The notes: generated by a model not told the origin, from the letters alone. Positions 42,713 to 53,660 are shown, numbered from the stretch's first letter. The stretch is 64,000 nt of DNA from Methanocaldococcus sp. 16A (GCA_049860595.1 CP187551.1), one strand, 5' to 3'. A program made the numbers and translations.

Positions 42713-43042
42713 TTATTTTTCTGCTTCTCTAACCTTAAATAACCAATTTATTCCATATTTTTTTAGAGTTTCCTTTATTGTATCAATTATATCATCAGGA
42801 ACTCCATAATTTTTTAATTCATCAACGCTATTAACCTCTTCAGGACTTCCATAACCGCTCTCTATTTCATCAATCAAATACTTTGCCACAATTCCTGGAG
42901 TATTTTCAACCTTCACGGCCTCAAATAATAACGCATCTTTATGAGGAATCTCTTTCTTTTTTATATAAAATACAATACAATGAAAGTCATCTCCTTCAAC
43001 AATATTCCCAAATTCATCGTATTTTTTAAATTCTACTATCAT
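42713..43042 (-). CDS. Hypothetical protein downstream of nifK
   Basis: 109-aa ORF with strong GAGGGGG RBS. Confidence 0.75.
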   Translation of the reverse strand: MIVEFKKYDEFGNIVEGDDFHCIVFYIKKKEIPHKDALLFEAVKVENTPGIVAKYLIDEIESGYGSPEEVNSVDELKNYGVPDDIIDTIKETLKKYGINWLFKVREAEK

Positions 43043-43106
43043 AATCCCCCTCTTTAAGTTTTAATAAAAAATTAAAAGATAATTAAAAAATAAAAATAAC
43101 AAGGAA

Positions 43107-44501
43107 TTATTGCTGTTTCTGGTCCCATGGAACTTGTGTATCTAATATTGTATTAACTATATCATCAAAGAATCTTAAGCTTCCCATATATCCGACAATT
43201 GGCCATCTGAAGTATCCAACTCTATCATAGATAGGGAAACCCATTCTTACTAACCCAATTCCTAAATCTTCAGCTATCTTTGCCCCTCCTCTTGGATGTC
43301 CAATTAGTAAATCTACTCCAATTTTTTTAACTGATTTTTCAAAGTCCCATAAATCAGAGAACTGTACTTCAATATCAACGTCATACTCTTGAGCTATTGC
43401 CTCCATGTCTTTCTTGTATGTTGTAGATGGAGTTTGTGTATTAACAACAACTGGCTTCATTCCCATCTCACAAGCAAATCTTGAAACTGCTATAACAAAG
43501 TCGGGGTCTCCAAAGATTCCAACTTTCTTATCCATTGTGTAGTGGATTGTATCTACTATAGCATCTATCAACTTCCCTCTCTCATCCAACAACTTGTCAG
43601 GAATCTCCATTCCAGTAACTTTTGCTATATTTATGATGAAATCATCAGTATTTTTAATTCCAATTGGTAATCCATAGTAAGCAGGAATCTTGTATCTTCT
43701 CTGCAAGAATAAAGCCCCGCTACCACCAGCATGCCTACATAAAACAAACAATGCCTTAGCATTAATTATCTCTTCAAATTCTTCAACTTTAGTTCCACCT
43801 TTTGGATAGTAAGGAATTTCTTTTATTGGCTCTCTTAACGGCTGATATAATGTCTCACTAATATCAAATAATACTGAATAATCTTCCCCTTCTTTTAATC
43901 CAAACATATCTAATATCCTTTTAATCTCCAATATATCTCCAGGATTAACTCCAAATCCTGGAACTATCATTATTTTTTCAGCTTTTTCTTCATCTCTTTT
44001 CTTTCCAGATGTGAAGTATTGGAAAAATGCCTTTACAGCATTATCATAACCTTTAACATGGCTTGCCTGGTAAGATGGACAATGTACTGGAATTATTGGC
44101 AACTTAGCTTTTTCTTCTCCAAACTCTGCTGCAATCTTCTTTCTTGCAGCCCTAATAAATGCTTCAACATCATCTCCAATGGTCTCAGATGAACATGTTG
44201 TTACAACTGAAATTAAATCAGGGTCGTATCTTGCTACTAAGTTTCTAACCCCTTCAACTAAGTTTCTCATCCCTCCATAAACAGCGGCATCTTCGTGGAA
44301 TGAGGCTACAGCAATTGTTGCAGGCTCTCTAAAATGTCTGTTGAATGTATATCTTACATAAGTACAACATCCTTGAGAACCTTGTACAAATGGAATTCCT
44401 CTATGCACTCCCAAAGTAGCCCACATTGCACCAATTGGCTGACATGTTTTGTTAGGGTTTATAGTTCCTGCTCTCTCTTTTTCAACATAAGTTATTCCCA
44501 T
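43107..44501 (-). CDS. nifK: Nitrogenase component 1 beta subunit
   Basis: INPNKTCQPIGA, GSQGCC, TTCSSETIGDD, GFPIYDR. Confidence 0.94.
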   Translation of the reverse strand: MGITYVEKERAGTINPNKTCQPIGAMWATLGVHRGIPFVQGSQGCCTYVRYTFNRHFREPATIAVASFHEDAAVYGGMRNLVEGVRNLVARYDPDLISVVTTCSSETIGDDVEAFIRAARKKIAAEFGEEKAKLPIIPVHCPSYQASHVKGYDNAVKAFFQYFTSGKKRDEEKAEKIMIVPGFGVNPGDILEIKRILDMFGLKEGEDYSVLFDISETLYQPLREPIKEIPYYPKGGTKVEEFEEIINAKALFVLCRHAGGSGALFLQRRYKIPAYYGLPIGIKNTDDFIINIAKVTGMEIPDKLLDERGKLIDAIVDTIHYTMDKKVGIFGDPDFVIAVSRFACEMGMKPVVVNTQTPSTTYKKDMEAIAQEYDVDIEVQFSDLWDFEKSVKKIGVDLLIGHPRGGAKIAEDLGIGLVRMGFPIYDRVGYFRWPIVGYMGSLRFFDDIVNTILDTQVPWDQKQQ

Positions 44502-44545
44502 AAATATCACCTATAAAAATATAAATTTAGTTTAAAGAGATTAGA

Positions 44546-45988
44546 TTAGTTGTTTGTGTTTTCTTTCTTTTTAAATTCTTCAAATTTCTTCTCTCCTTCT
44601 TTTAAAATGTTCCAAATTGGATGATATACTGCTTTGTAAATATCTCTTGCGAAATTGACAAATCCTTTAAACGCAGCATAAGGTCCTTGTTCATAGCTGT
44701 GAGAGTTAATTGTTGGAATTCCAAACTTTCTGAATAAATATCTCTCCTTTAGTCCAGTAAGCATAAAGTCAGGTTTGTATTTTTCAACAGCTTCCTCTAA
44801 CTCAAGTTCATTTGGTGCATCTATAACTAAAGTTCCTTTAAGCCCAGCCTTTTTCAAGTTTTTATTTAACTTTTCATAATCATCTTCATGAGCAAATGTA
44901 CAGCATGCTACTACAACATCTATTCCTAACTCTTTCATTGCCCTAACCCAGTGCCATGTTCTTGGTCCCCCAACATAGACAAGGCAAGTTTTTCCTTCTA
45001 ATTTTGATTTATAAAAATCCAATTGTGGTTTAATTGCCTCCAATTCTTCTTTTATAACTTCCTCAACTCTTTCTTTAGGAATTCCTAAAGCTTCTGCAGT
45101 TTTTCTTAATGCTTCAGCAGTTTGCTCAATTCCAAATAGAGAGACCCAAATTCTTGGGACATTGAACCCATCTCTAATCATCTCAGCTATATAGTTAGCT
45201 GACCTCTGACAATGGACAACGTTCAATTTAACATCCGGCAATTTGAACAAATCATCTAAGGATGCATTTCCTGTAAAGACTGCAACAACTCTACATCCAA
45301 TTTTTTCAAATAATGGAACTATTACTTTTAAATCCCAGTCCATGTTGTAATCTCCAATTATTGCAATATCGTAAGGTGTTTTTTCCTCATCTTTCAAGCA
45401 TTTTTCAGGATATCTTTCCCTTGCCTTTTTTAACCATCTATAGAACTCTGTGTTGAGTATGTGATGCCCCTTTGATTGAGAAACCCCTGCATATCCTGGA
45501 CAGTTACAGGCAAAGACTGGTTTTCCTATTTTTTCCTCAACTTTTCTTGCCACAGCCTCTAAGTTATCTCCAATTAATCCAGTTGTACATGTTGCGTAAA
45601 TAAATATTCCCTTAGCTTCTGGAAATTCAGCAGCTGCCTCTAAACATGCTTTCTCTAATTTCTTCTCTCCACCATAAACAACATCTGCCTCTTGCATATC
45701 TGTTGTAAAACAATATCTCCTATGCAACTCACAATCAGATAGGTTTCTTCTTGTACCCCATGTATAGAATGCACATCCAACAGGGCCATGAACCATGTGA
45801 ATAATATCTTTAATTGGCCCACCAACGACCCCTCTTGCTCCAGCAAACGAACAACCTCTCTCTGTCATATCTCCTGGAACTGTTTTGATATTACATGCTG
45901 GAATTATCTCTTCTTCAGGGTCGTAGATGTACGTATGTTTCATCCTTTCTGGAATTGGCTTATCACAGTTAAGCAATACGAATGGCAT
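44546..45988 (-). CDS. nifD: Nitrogenase component 1 alpha subunit
   Basis: RGCSFAG, HGPVGC, TCTTGLIGD, GVSQSKGHH; cofactor ligands HCQRS and HSYE.GPY. Confidence 0.95.
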   Translation of the reverse strand: MPFVLLNCDKPIPERMKHTYIYDPEEEIIPACNIKTVPGDMTERGCSFAGARGVVGGPIKDIIHMVHGPVGCAFYTWGTRRNLSDCELHRRYCFTTDMQEADVVYGGEKKLEKACLEAAAEFPEAKGIFIYATCTTGLIGDNLEAVARKVEEKIGKPVFACNCPGYAGVSQSKGHHILNTEFYRWLKKARERYPEKCLKDEEKTPYDIAIIGDYNMDWDLKVIVPLFEKIGCRVVAVFTGNASLDDLFKLPDVKLNVVHCQRSANYIAEMIRDGFNVPRIWVSLFGIEQTAEALRKTAEALGIPKERVEEVIKEELEAIKPQLDFYKSKLEGKTCLVYVGGPRTWHWVRAMKELGIDVVVACCTFAHEDDYEKLNKNLKKAGLKGTLVIDAPNELELEEAVEKYKPDFMLTGLKERYLFRKFGIPTINSHSYEQGPYAAFKGFVNFARDIYKAVYHPIWNILKEGEKKFEEFKKKENTNN

Positions 45989-45997
45989 TTTATCACC

Positions 45998-46384
45998 TTA
46001 GTTACCTACTGCCTCTGCACCAAACTCTCCTGTTCTTATTCTTATTGCATCTTCAACTGGTAAAACAAAGATTTTCCCATCTCCTGGCTTTCCAGTTCTA
46101 TTTACTTTCATTATAATTCCAACAACCAATGGAACATCAGCATCGTCCACAACTATAGAAATCATCCTTTTTGGGATGTATTTCATTCTCATTCCCAACT
46201 TTTCCCCTTCTTCAATAATTTTCTCTTTATCTACAACATCTGGTAAATTTACATCAATATATCCTTTCTCTTTACCCCTTCCAAAGCATTTAATAACAGT
46301 CATCGCTGGAAAGCCAACAGCTTCTAATGCTTTCCCTGTTTTTGAGACCATATTTGGTCTAATTATAGCCAAAACCTCTTTCAT
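45998..46384 (-). CDS. nifI2: PII-family nitrogenase regulator NifI2
   Basis: AIIRP, GRGKEKG, long T-loop, GDGKIFV; lies between nifI1 and nifD. Confidence 0.9.
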   Translation of the reverse strand: MKEVLAIIRPNMVSKTGKALEAVGFPAMTVIKCFGRGKEKGYIDVNLPDVVDKEKIIEEGEKLGMRMKYIPKRMISIVVDDADVPLVVGIIMKVNRTGKPGDGKIFVLPVEDAIRIRTGEFGAEAVGN

Positions 46385-46397
46385 TATTTCACCAAAA

Positions 46398-46715
46398 TTA
46401 TAACTCTTTAGCTCCAGTTCTGATTGTGTATGCTTCCTCTATTGGCTGAATGAAAATTTTTCCATCTCCAAAGTTTCCAGTGTAAGCGTTAGTTTTTATA
46501 ATTTCTACAACTTCATCAACTTCATCATCATTAACACCAATTAGTAGCATTGTTTTTGGCAATTCGTCATAGAATATCTCTCCAACTTTCAATCCTCCCT
46601 GCTTTCCCCTACCAACAACATCAATTTTTGTAAAAGATGGATAACCAGCTTTTTCTAAGGCATCTATTACATCATCAACTTTTTCTGGTCTGATAATTGC
46701 TTTTATTAACTTCAC
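46398..46715 (-). CDS. nifI1: PII-family nitrogenase regulator NifI1
   Basis: AIIRPEK, GRGKQGG, YDELPK, GDGKIF; 105 aa. Confidence 0.92.
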   Translation of the reverse strand: MKLIKAIIRPEKVDDVIDALEKAGYPSFTKIDVVGRGKQGGLKVGEIFYDELPKTMLLIGVNDDEVDEVVEIIKTNAYTGNFGDGKIFIQPIEEAYTIRTGAKEL

Positions 46716-46799
46716 ATTTCCACCCCAATTTAGTTGAATTTAATAAAATATTTAAATAGAATATTTGAGCGATAAGGAATAAATATAATTAATTTGCCT

Positions 46800-47707
<908 letters not shown>

Positions 47708-47815
47708 GATGACAGTTTTATAATTTTATCTTATAATATATATACTTTACGGTTATAGGCTACCTTTTTCCTTAATAATTAATAATAAAAAAAGATAATT
47801 TTTTATGAATAAATA

Positions 47816-48313
47816 TTAAGTCTTAGCTTTTTTCTTCTTTTTAACATGGAAATAATTTATTAATCCGCCAGCATCCAAAATTTCTCTCTCAATTCCTTTT
47901 GGAACTTCACATTTTAAAATGAGATTATCATTAACTATAATCTCCTCTCTATCTAAATCAATCTCAATTATATCTCCATCTTCAATCTCATCAGTATTAG
48001 CAATAATAGGGATTAATCCAATATTTATGGCATTTCTATAAAATATTCTTGCAAAACTTTTAGCTATAACTGCTTTAATTCCACAGTATTTTATTGCTAT
48101 TACTGCTTGCTCTCTACTTGAACCGCATCCAAAGTTTTCTCCTGCAGCTATTACATCTCCCTCTTTAACCTTCTTTGGAAAGTCTTTATCAATTCCATAC
48201 ATGCAATATCTCGCCAATTCATGTCCATCTGTTGTTTTTAGATATGGACCTGGAATAATTGCATCTGTATCGACATCATCTCCAAATTTATGAGCTTTTC
48301 CTCTAATATACAT
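47816..48313 (-). CDS. Homoaconitase / isopropylmalate isomerase small subunit (AksE/HacB-like)
   Basis: DTDAIIPGPYLKT, NFGCGSSREQA, SFARIFYRN, GGL. Confidence 0.9.
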   Translation of the reverse strand: MYIRGKAHKFGDDVDTDAIIPGPYLKTTDGHELARYCMYGIDKDFPKKVKEGDVIAAGENFGCGSSREQAVIAIKYCGIKAVIAKSFARIFYRNAINIGLIPIIANTDEIEDGDIIEIDLDREEIIVNDNLILKCEVPKGIEREILDAGGLINYFHVKKKKKAKT

Positions 48314-48379
48314 AAATATCCCTCAATTCCTATTTTGTATATGAATTTATTTACATATTATATAAAAGTTTCGGTATAA

Positions 48380-48393
48380 GGAAACTTATTTCC
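48380..48393. promoter_or_regulatory. NrpR-type operator upstream of the aksE-like gene, overlapping the modC stop
   Basis: GGAAACTTATTTCC plus BRE/TATA cassette. Confidence 0.85.
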
Positions 48394-49429
48394 GTATAAT
48401 GATAGAAGAAGCTATAGATATTTTTACTTCCATTCCTTTTTTGAGACCCATCCTATTTGCCTTAGACCTTATAACTTCACAAATTAAATTAATGCCATTA
48501 ACATCTAAAATAGCCCTAACAGTAGATAAGCTTAAAGGATAAATTTCAACGATTTTAGCATCAAAGAGGTTGTCTTTTTTGTAATGGTATCTACAGCCCC
48601 CATCTCCAACCAACATAATATCTTCAGGTCTTATTGCTAAAACTGCCTCTCCACACTCGTAAGGTTTATCAAGATAAATGTTTAAATCTCCTTCAAATAT
48701 ATAGTAGCCATCTTCTTTTTTAATTTTTCCTTTTAAGAAATTTTTGTATCCTACGAATTTTGCAACAAATTCATTTTTTGGATTGTTTATAATTTCATTA
48801 ACATCTCCAAACTGCTCTATCTTTCCATTCCTTATTATTGCCATTCTCTCTGCTAAGGCAATTGCTTCAATAAAATCATGAGTTACATGAACAAACGTTA
48901 AATTAGTATTTTTATGAATTTTTTTAAGTTCTAATATTAAATTTTCATGTGTTAGTCTATCTAAAGCATTTAAAGGTTCATCCAATAAAACAACCTCTGG
49001 TTCTACAACTAAAGCCCTTGCTAAAGCTACTCTCTGCTGTTCCCCTCCACTTAATGTGTCTGGTCTTCTATTTAGAAGATGTTCTATTCCCAGTAATTCA
49101 GCAATTTCTTTGACTTTCTCTTCTCTCAATTTTCTATCTTTTATACCAATGCCTATATTATCTTTAACACTTAAATGTGGAAATAAATATTTTCCATGGC
49201 ACATTACTATTTTTCTTTCATTTATTGGTTTGTTCGTTATATCTTTTCCATTCAAATAAATCTTTCCGCTATCTGGTTTTCTAAATCCGGCGATAATTTC
49301 CAATAGTGTAGTTTTTCCACTACCACTCAAACCTAAAACAACAAAATAATCATTTTTATATATTTCAAGTTCATCAATTTCAAGATTAAAGTATGCCAAT
49401 TTCTTCCTTAAATTTTCAATTTTGAGCAT
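48386..49429 (-). CDS. modC: Molybdate/tungstate ABC transporter ATPase with TOBE domain
   Basis: GLSGSGKT, LSGGEQQR, LLDEP, VTHD. Confidence 0.85.
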   Translation of the reverse strand: MLKIENLRKKLAYFNLEIDELEIYKNDYFVVLGLSGSGKTTLLEIIAGFRKPDSGKIYLNGKDITNKPINERKIVMCHGKYLFPHLSVKDNIGIGIKDRKLREEKVKEIAELLGIEHLLNRRPDTLSGGEQQRVALARALVVEPEVVLLDEPLNALDRLTHENLILELKKIHKNTNLTFVHVTHDFIEAIALAERMAIIRNGKIEQFGDVNEIINNPKNEFVAKFVGYKNFLKGKIKKEDGYYIFEGDLNIYLDKPYECGEAVLAIRPEDIMLVGDGGCRYHYKKDNLFDAKIVEIYPLSLSTVRAILDVNGINLICEVIRSKANRMGLKKGMEVKISIASSIIIRK

Positions 49430-49431
49430 AA

Positions 49432-50139
49432 TCATCTCCCGAGGATGCAAAATCTCTCAACTCCTAATATTTTAGCCATTCCAGCAATTGTAGTTCCATA
49501 AAAAATAATTCTTTTATTGTATTTTTTAGCCAACTCCCAAATCTCTTCAAATGTTCCATTAGCTATCGTTGAACCAGTAGCTAAAACAACATCTGAATTT
49601 TTTATTAAATCCTCATTATACTTTCCATGAATGATTTTAGCTCCATATTTTATTTTTCCTACATTTTCTGGGTTTAAGTCACTAACTAAAACATTCTCTG
49701 CTCCAAAGTTATTAACAACCTCTTTAACAAATGCTGGCTGAAATCCAATAATACCAATTTTTTGTGGGTTTAATTCCTTTAGGTATTTAACAAGCTCTTT
49801 TGCACATTTTTCTGGCTCATCTCCAGTACAATGAACAGTTCTATCAACTAAGCCAAGAAATCTCATAACTGCATTTAAAGTTGCTATTATTTCAGCCCTA
49901 TTTCCTTTATCTAAAAGCTCTCTAATTGTTCCTTTAAACTCAACTGGTTTGTCTGTGAAGGCATCTCCATAACAACCTTTAAAATTAGCTCTCAACAAAA
50001 TCTCTTTACCACTCATTAAAGGGTAATCTTTGATTCTTGTTGTATCTAACTTAGTGTCTGATATTTTAATCTCAATTTCTTCATTTAGTAAGTTATTTTC
50101 TTCTGTAAGTTCTTTTAAAATTTCTTTAGCATCTACCAT
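49432..50139 (-). CDS. DUF364 / Rossmann-like domain protein in the mod operon
   Basis: GDAFTD, ATLNAV, TGSTIANGT, FYGTT. Confidence 0.72.
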   Translation of the reverse strand: MVDAKEILKELTEENNLLNEEIEIKISDTKLDTTRIKDYPLMSGKEILLRANFKGCYGDAFTDKPVEFKGTIRELLDKGNRAEIIATLNAVMRFLGLVDRTVHCTGDEPEKCAKELVKYLKELNPQKIGIIGFQPAFVKEVVNNFGAENVLVSDLNPENVGKIKYGAKIIHGKYNEDLIKNSDVVLATGSTIANGTFEEIWELAKKYNKRIIFYGTTIAGMAKILGVERFCILGR

Positions 50140-50929
50140 AGCTACCACCATTTAGATTTATTGCAAATTTTATCAATGAAATAACCATTATTGCAATTGC
50201 TATATGGATTACAGCAATAGCCAATGCTAATTCTATATTTCCAATTGAAACATTTAAAAATATTGCTATTGGTAATGTCTCTGTCTTCATCTTAGTAGCT
50301 CCAGCGAGCATTAATGTTGCTCCAAACTCTCCAATAGCCCTTGCCCATCCAAGAATTGCCCCAGCAACAATACCATTTTTTGCCATTGGAAGGGTTATTT
50401 TTAAAAAGCTCTCAAATCTACTCAATCCCAAACTTTGGGCAATATACTCATATTTGACATCAATTCCTTCAAACACAGCCCTTGTAGTTCTAATAATAAA
50501 TGGCGTTGCAATTATAAATTGAGCCAATATAATTCCATTTTGTGTAAATACAATCTCTACAATATTTTCTGAGATAAAATTGCCTATGGGTGTATTTCCT
50601 AACAGTAAGAGTAATCCAAAACCTAAAACCAATGGAGGAAGTAATATTGGCAAGTTTATTAAGCTGTCTATAATTTCCTTACCCTTAAAATTATTTCTTG
50701 CTAAGGCATATCCAGAAGGAATCCCAATTAATAGAGCAAGTAAAGTAGCTATAATTGAACATTTGACACTTAAAATTACAGCAAATTTAACCTCTTCTGA
50801 TAACAATGCATCAAATAAGTTTTCTATTGATATTTTGCTAAATATACAGACTATTATACAAACAAGTATCCCAAGGAATAAAATTAAGGGAATACCCATA
50901 AAAAATTTTAAATTATTATTTTTAATCAT
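50126..50929 (-). CDS. modB: Molybdate/tungstate ABC permease
   Basis: LPILLPPLVLG, WARAIGEFGAT, TLPIAIF. Confidence 0.9.
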   Translation of the reverse strand: MIKNNNLKFFMGIPLILFLGILVCIIVCIFSKISIENLFDALLSEEVKFAVILSVKCSIIATLLALLIGIPSGYALARNNFKGKEIIDSLINLPILLPPLVLGFGLLLLLGNTPIGNFISENIVEIVFTQNGIILAQFIIATPFIIRTTRAVFEGIDVKYEYIAQSLGLSRFESFLKITLPMAKNGIVAGAILGWARAIGEFGATLMLAGATKMKTETLPIAIFLNVSIGNIELALAIAVIHIAIAIMVISLIKFAINLNGGSYGRC

Positions 50930-50944
50930 AATTATCACTTGATT

Positions 50945-51724
50945 TTATTGCTCAATAACTTCGAAACCATGCTTCTTAAATATCTCTTTTCCTTCTGTTA
51001 AAACAAAGTTGTAGAATTTCTCAGCAGTTTCTTTATTTTTTGTAGTTTTTAGTATTGCAATAGGAACTGTCTTTATAACATTGTATTTTGGATTTATTGG
51101 GATAATATCAACCTTATCTTTGTTTTCTATGGCATCTGCCCTCCACACAACAGCAACATCTGCCTGACCTTCTATAACATACAATAATACCTGTTTAACT
51201 GTAGCTCCTCTAACAACTACATTTTTATTTATTTTTTCTGTTATTCCTGGATTGTCTTTTTCTGCCTTTGCAAGAATCTTTTTAAATGTCCTACCAATTG
51301 CTATGTTCTCATCACCTAACGCTACTTTAACTCCTGGTTTTCCTAAGTCTTCAAGACATGTTATATTTTTTGGATTTCCTTTCTGAACTACAATAACTGG
51401 GATATGTTTGGTGAAGTTTGTGTATTTTAAGATGTATCCTCTCTTTTCAAGTTCTCCAACATAGAAATAAGCCCCTGGCATAAAAATGTCTCCATCATTT
51501 GATGCTAAAATTTTTGAATATAGGTAGCCGCTTCCAGCGTAATCATATTCAACTTTTATCCCATATTTTTCTTCAAAGAGCTTTCCTATCTCATCCATCG
51601 GTTTTTGCATTCCAGCACCAACATAAGCATGTATAACTTCTTCTTTTGATTCTTTATTTGTGCATCCAGAAGCTAAGACTATTGCTACAATTAATAATCC
51701 AAATATTGTTATTTTTCTGTTCAT
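50945..51724 (-). CDS. modA: Molybdate/tungstate-binding lipoprotein
   Basis: LASGC lipobox, GAG, YAGSG.L, DIFMPG. Confidence 0.88.
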   Translation of the reverse strand: MNRKITIFGLLIVAIVLASGCTNKESKEEVIHAYVGAGMQKPMDEIGKLFEEKYGIKVEYDYAGSGYLYSKILASNDGDIFMPGAYFYVGELEKRGYILKYTNFTKHIPVIVVQKGNPKNITCLEDLGKPGVKVALGDENIAIGRTFKKILAKAEKDNPGITEKINKNVVVRGATVKQVLLYVIEGQADVAVVWRADAIENKDKVDIIPINPKYNVIKTVPIAILKTTKNKETAEKFYNFVLTEGKEIFKKHGFEVIEQ

Positions 51725-51858
51725 AATATCCCAAGATTTAGTAATTAAATATAATTACATTTTGAGGTCGTATGTAATTACTATTACTTGTCATACGCCT
51801 TTTCTATATAAACCTTATCTTTAGAATTTATATATTATATATAAACTTTTCGGTATTA

Positions 51859-51872
51859 GGAAACTTATTTCC
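51859..51872. promoter_or_regulatory. NrpR-type operator upstream of modA
   Basis: GGAAACTTATTTCC. Confidence 0.85.
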
Positions 51873-51932
51873 TACATTTTTTAAGACAATTATAATACTA
51901 ATAGAAAATTATATATAAACCTTTCGGCATAA

Positions 51933-51946
51933 GGAAGTATAATTCC
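51933..51946. promoter_or_regulatory. NrpR-type operator in the modA/MBL divergent region
   Basis: GGAAGTATAATTCC, directly before the MBL gene RBS. Confidence 0.8.
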
Positions 51947-51959
51947 GTGAGGTGATATT

Positions 51960-52556
51960 ATGATAAAACTTCTTTATAAGGGAGAACTTATAAGAGAAAA
52001 TGATGTAGTAAAGAAAGCGTCATCTTCAGTAACTTTAATACAAACAAAAAATCATAATATTATTGTAGATACTTCAACAAAAGATAAAAGGGAGTTAATT
52101 ATTGATGAATTAAAAAAATTAAACTTAGACCCAAAAGATATTGATGTAGTTATAAATACTCATAGACATCATGACCATATAGAAAATAATGATTTATTTG
52201 AAAATGCAAAGATTTATGCTTCTGCACAGGAATGTATTGTTGAATGTAAGGGATGTAAATTGTATTCAAATGTTGAAGATGTTGAGGAATTTATACCAAT
52301 TGAAAAATTTTATGATGATGAAATAACTATAATAAAAACTCCTGGGCACACTTATGGTAGTATATCTGTGGTTTATGAAGATTACGTTATTGTAGGAGAT
52401 GCAGCTCCTTTAAAGAATAATATTTTGGATGATATTCCTCCATCAATTATGGTAGATTATAGAGCAGCAAAAGGTAGCTTAAGAAGGATAAAATTATTAA
52501 AAAAGAATGTTATAACTGGACATGATGGTATTGTTTATAAAGAGGAGTTTCTTTAA
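51960..52556 (+). CDS. Metallo-beta-lactamase-fold hydrolase
   Basis: THRHHDH, TPGHT, GD, GH. Confidence 0.9.
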   Translation: MIKLLYKGELIRENDVVKKASSSVTLIQTKNHNIIVDTSTKDKRELIIDELKKLNLDPKDIDVVINTHRHHDHIENNDLFENAKIYASAQECIVECKGCKLYSNVEDVEEFIPIEKFYDDEITIIKTPGHTYGSISVVYEDYVIVGDAAPLKNNILDDIPPSIMVDYRAAKGSLRRIKLLKKNVITGHDGIVYKEEFL

Positions 52557-52650
52557 TAGGACTTTCGCAGGAATAAATTGTTTATTGAACATGGACACAT
52601 TTATTGTGTCTAACTTCCAAATTAATATATAAATCTGCGAAAGTCCTATT
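52555..52650. repeat. Family-A palindromic element
   Basis: AATAGGACTTTCGCAG/CTGCGAAAGTCCTATT; hairpin GACACA/TGTGTC. Confidence 0.9.
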
Positions 52651-52664
52651 TAATATTTCTAAAG

Positions 52665-53660
52665 CTAATTTTTAACCTTTAGCTTAGCCATAAATTTTTT
52701 TAGTTTAGAATTATCAATTTTTATTATGTATCCGCAAAGGATTCCGATAATGATTCCAGCAAAAATATCAAAAGGATAATGCACACCGACATAAACTCTG
52801 CTATAGGCTACAAGAATTGCCCAAATTAAAAACAATAATCCTATTTTTCTTGAAAGATGTAAGAGGGTTGTTGCTAACGTAAATGCTAAGGTAGTATGCC
52901 CACTTGGAAAACTTGGTTCATATCCTTCGTAGCATAACAAATGGACATTCTCTAAAACCAAATAAGGTCTTGGCTCATTTATCAAATATTTTAAAGAGAA
53001 TGCAATTACAGCAGCTAAAAATAAAACAAAAATTAGCTTTATCCCAAATTTTCTATTTTTTATTAAGATTATTAGAATTGTGATAGCAATTAATGGATAT
53101 ACGGTTTTAGAGATTATTGGCATAATTGTATCGAGGATAGAATTATAGTGAGAGTTTATTAAATAAAAAAGCCAAATATTAAACTCATTCAATTTATTTA
53201 CATTTCCTAAAATATCTCCAAAATAAGCTACAGCCAAAAATCTCGGTAATCTTCCAATTATTGTCCCAATTGTAAATAATAACTTATGCATTTCAAAAAT
53301 TCCTGAAAGCCATGCAATAACTTTATATGGCAATGGAGAAATACCTGCTATAATTACTCCATAAACACCATACTTGTTGAAAAACTCCTCTCCTTTATAT
53401 AGATATTTCTCTCCAAAGAGTTTTATAAATATTGGATGTCCCAATCTATCCCCCAAAAAATAGCCAAATAATCCTCCTAAGGTTGAGCCAATAGTAGCAA
53501 CTATCGCAGAAATTATTGGATTTAAACCAAAATAAGATGCTCCTATTATAAATACATCCGGTGGAATGGGCTGTATAACCGCCTCTGTAAATGATATTAT
53601 GAATATCCCAATGTATCCATAATTCATTACAAGTTGTTCAGCTATTGCATATAAATCCAT
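52665..53660 (-). CDS. DedA(YqaA)-PAP2 phosphatase fusion membrane protein
   Basis: [17 protein letters not shown] (DedA); [23 protein letters not shown] (PAP2). Confidence 0.88.
   Translation of the reverse strand: MDLYAIAEQLVMNYGYIGIFIISFTEAVIQPIPPDVFIIGASYFGLNPIISAIVATIGSTLGGLFGYFLGDRLGHPIFIKLFGEKYLYKGEEFFNKYGVYGVIIAGISPLPYKVIAWLSGIFEMHKLLFTIGTIIGRLPRFLAVAYFGDILGNVNKLNEFNIWLFYLINSHYNSILDTIMPIISKTVYPLIAITILIILIKNRKFGIKLIFVLFLAAVIAFSLKYLINEPRPYLVLENVHLLCYEGYEPSFPSGHTTLAFTLATTLLHLSRKIGLLFLIWAILVAYSRVYVGVHYPFDIFAGIIIGILCGYIIKIDNSKLKKFMAKLKVKN

Noticed and set aside
42713-43042. Possible AnfG/VnfG delta subunit
   Set aside because: Similar size only; lacks the WQFxSR-type motif and is not between D and K.
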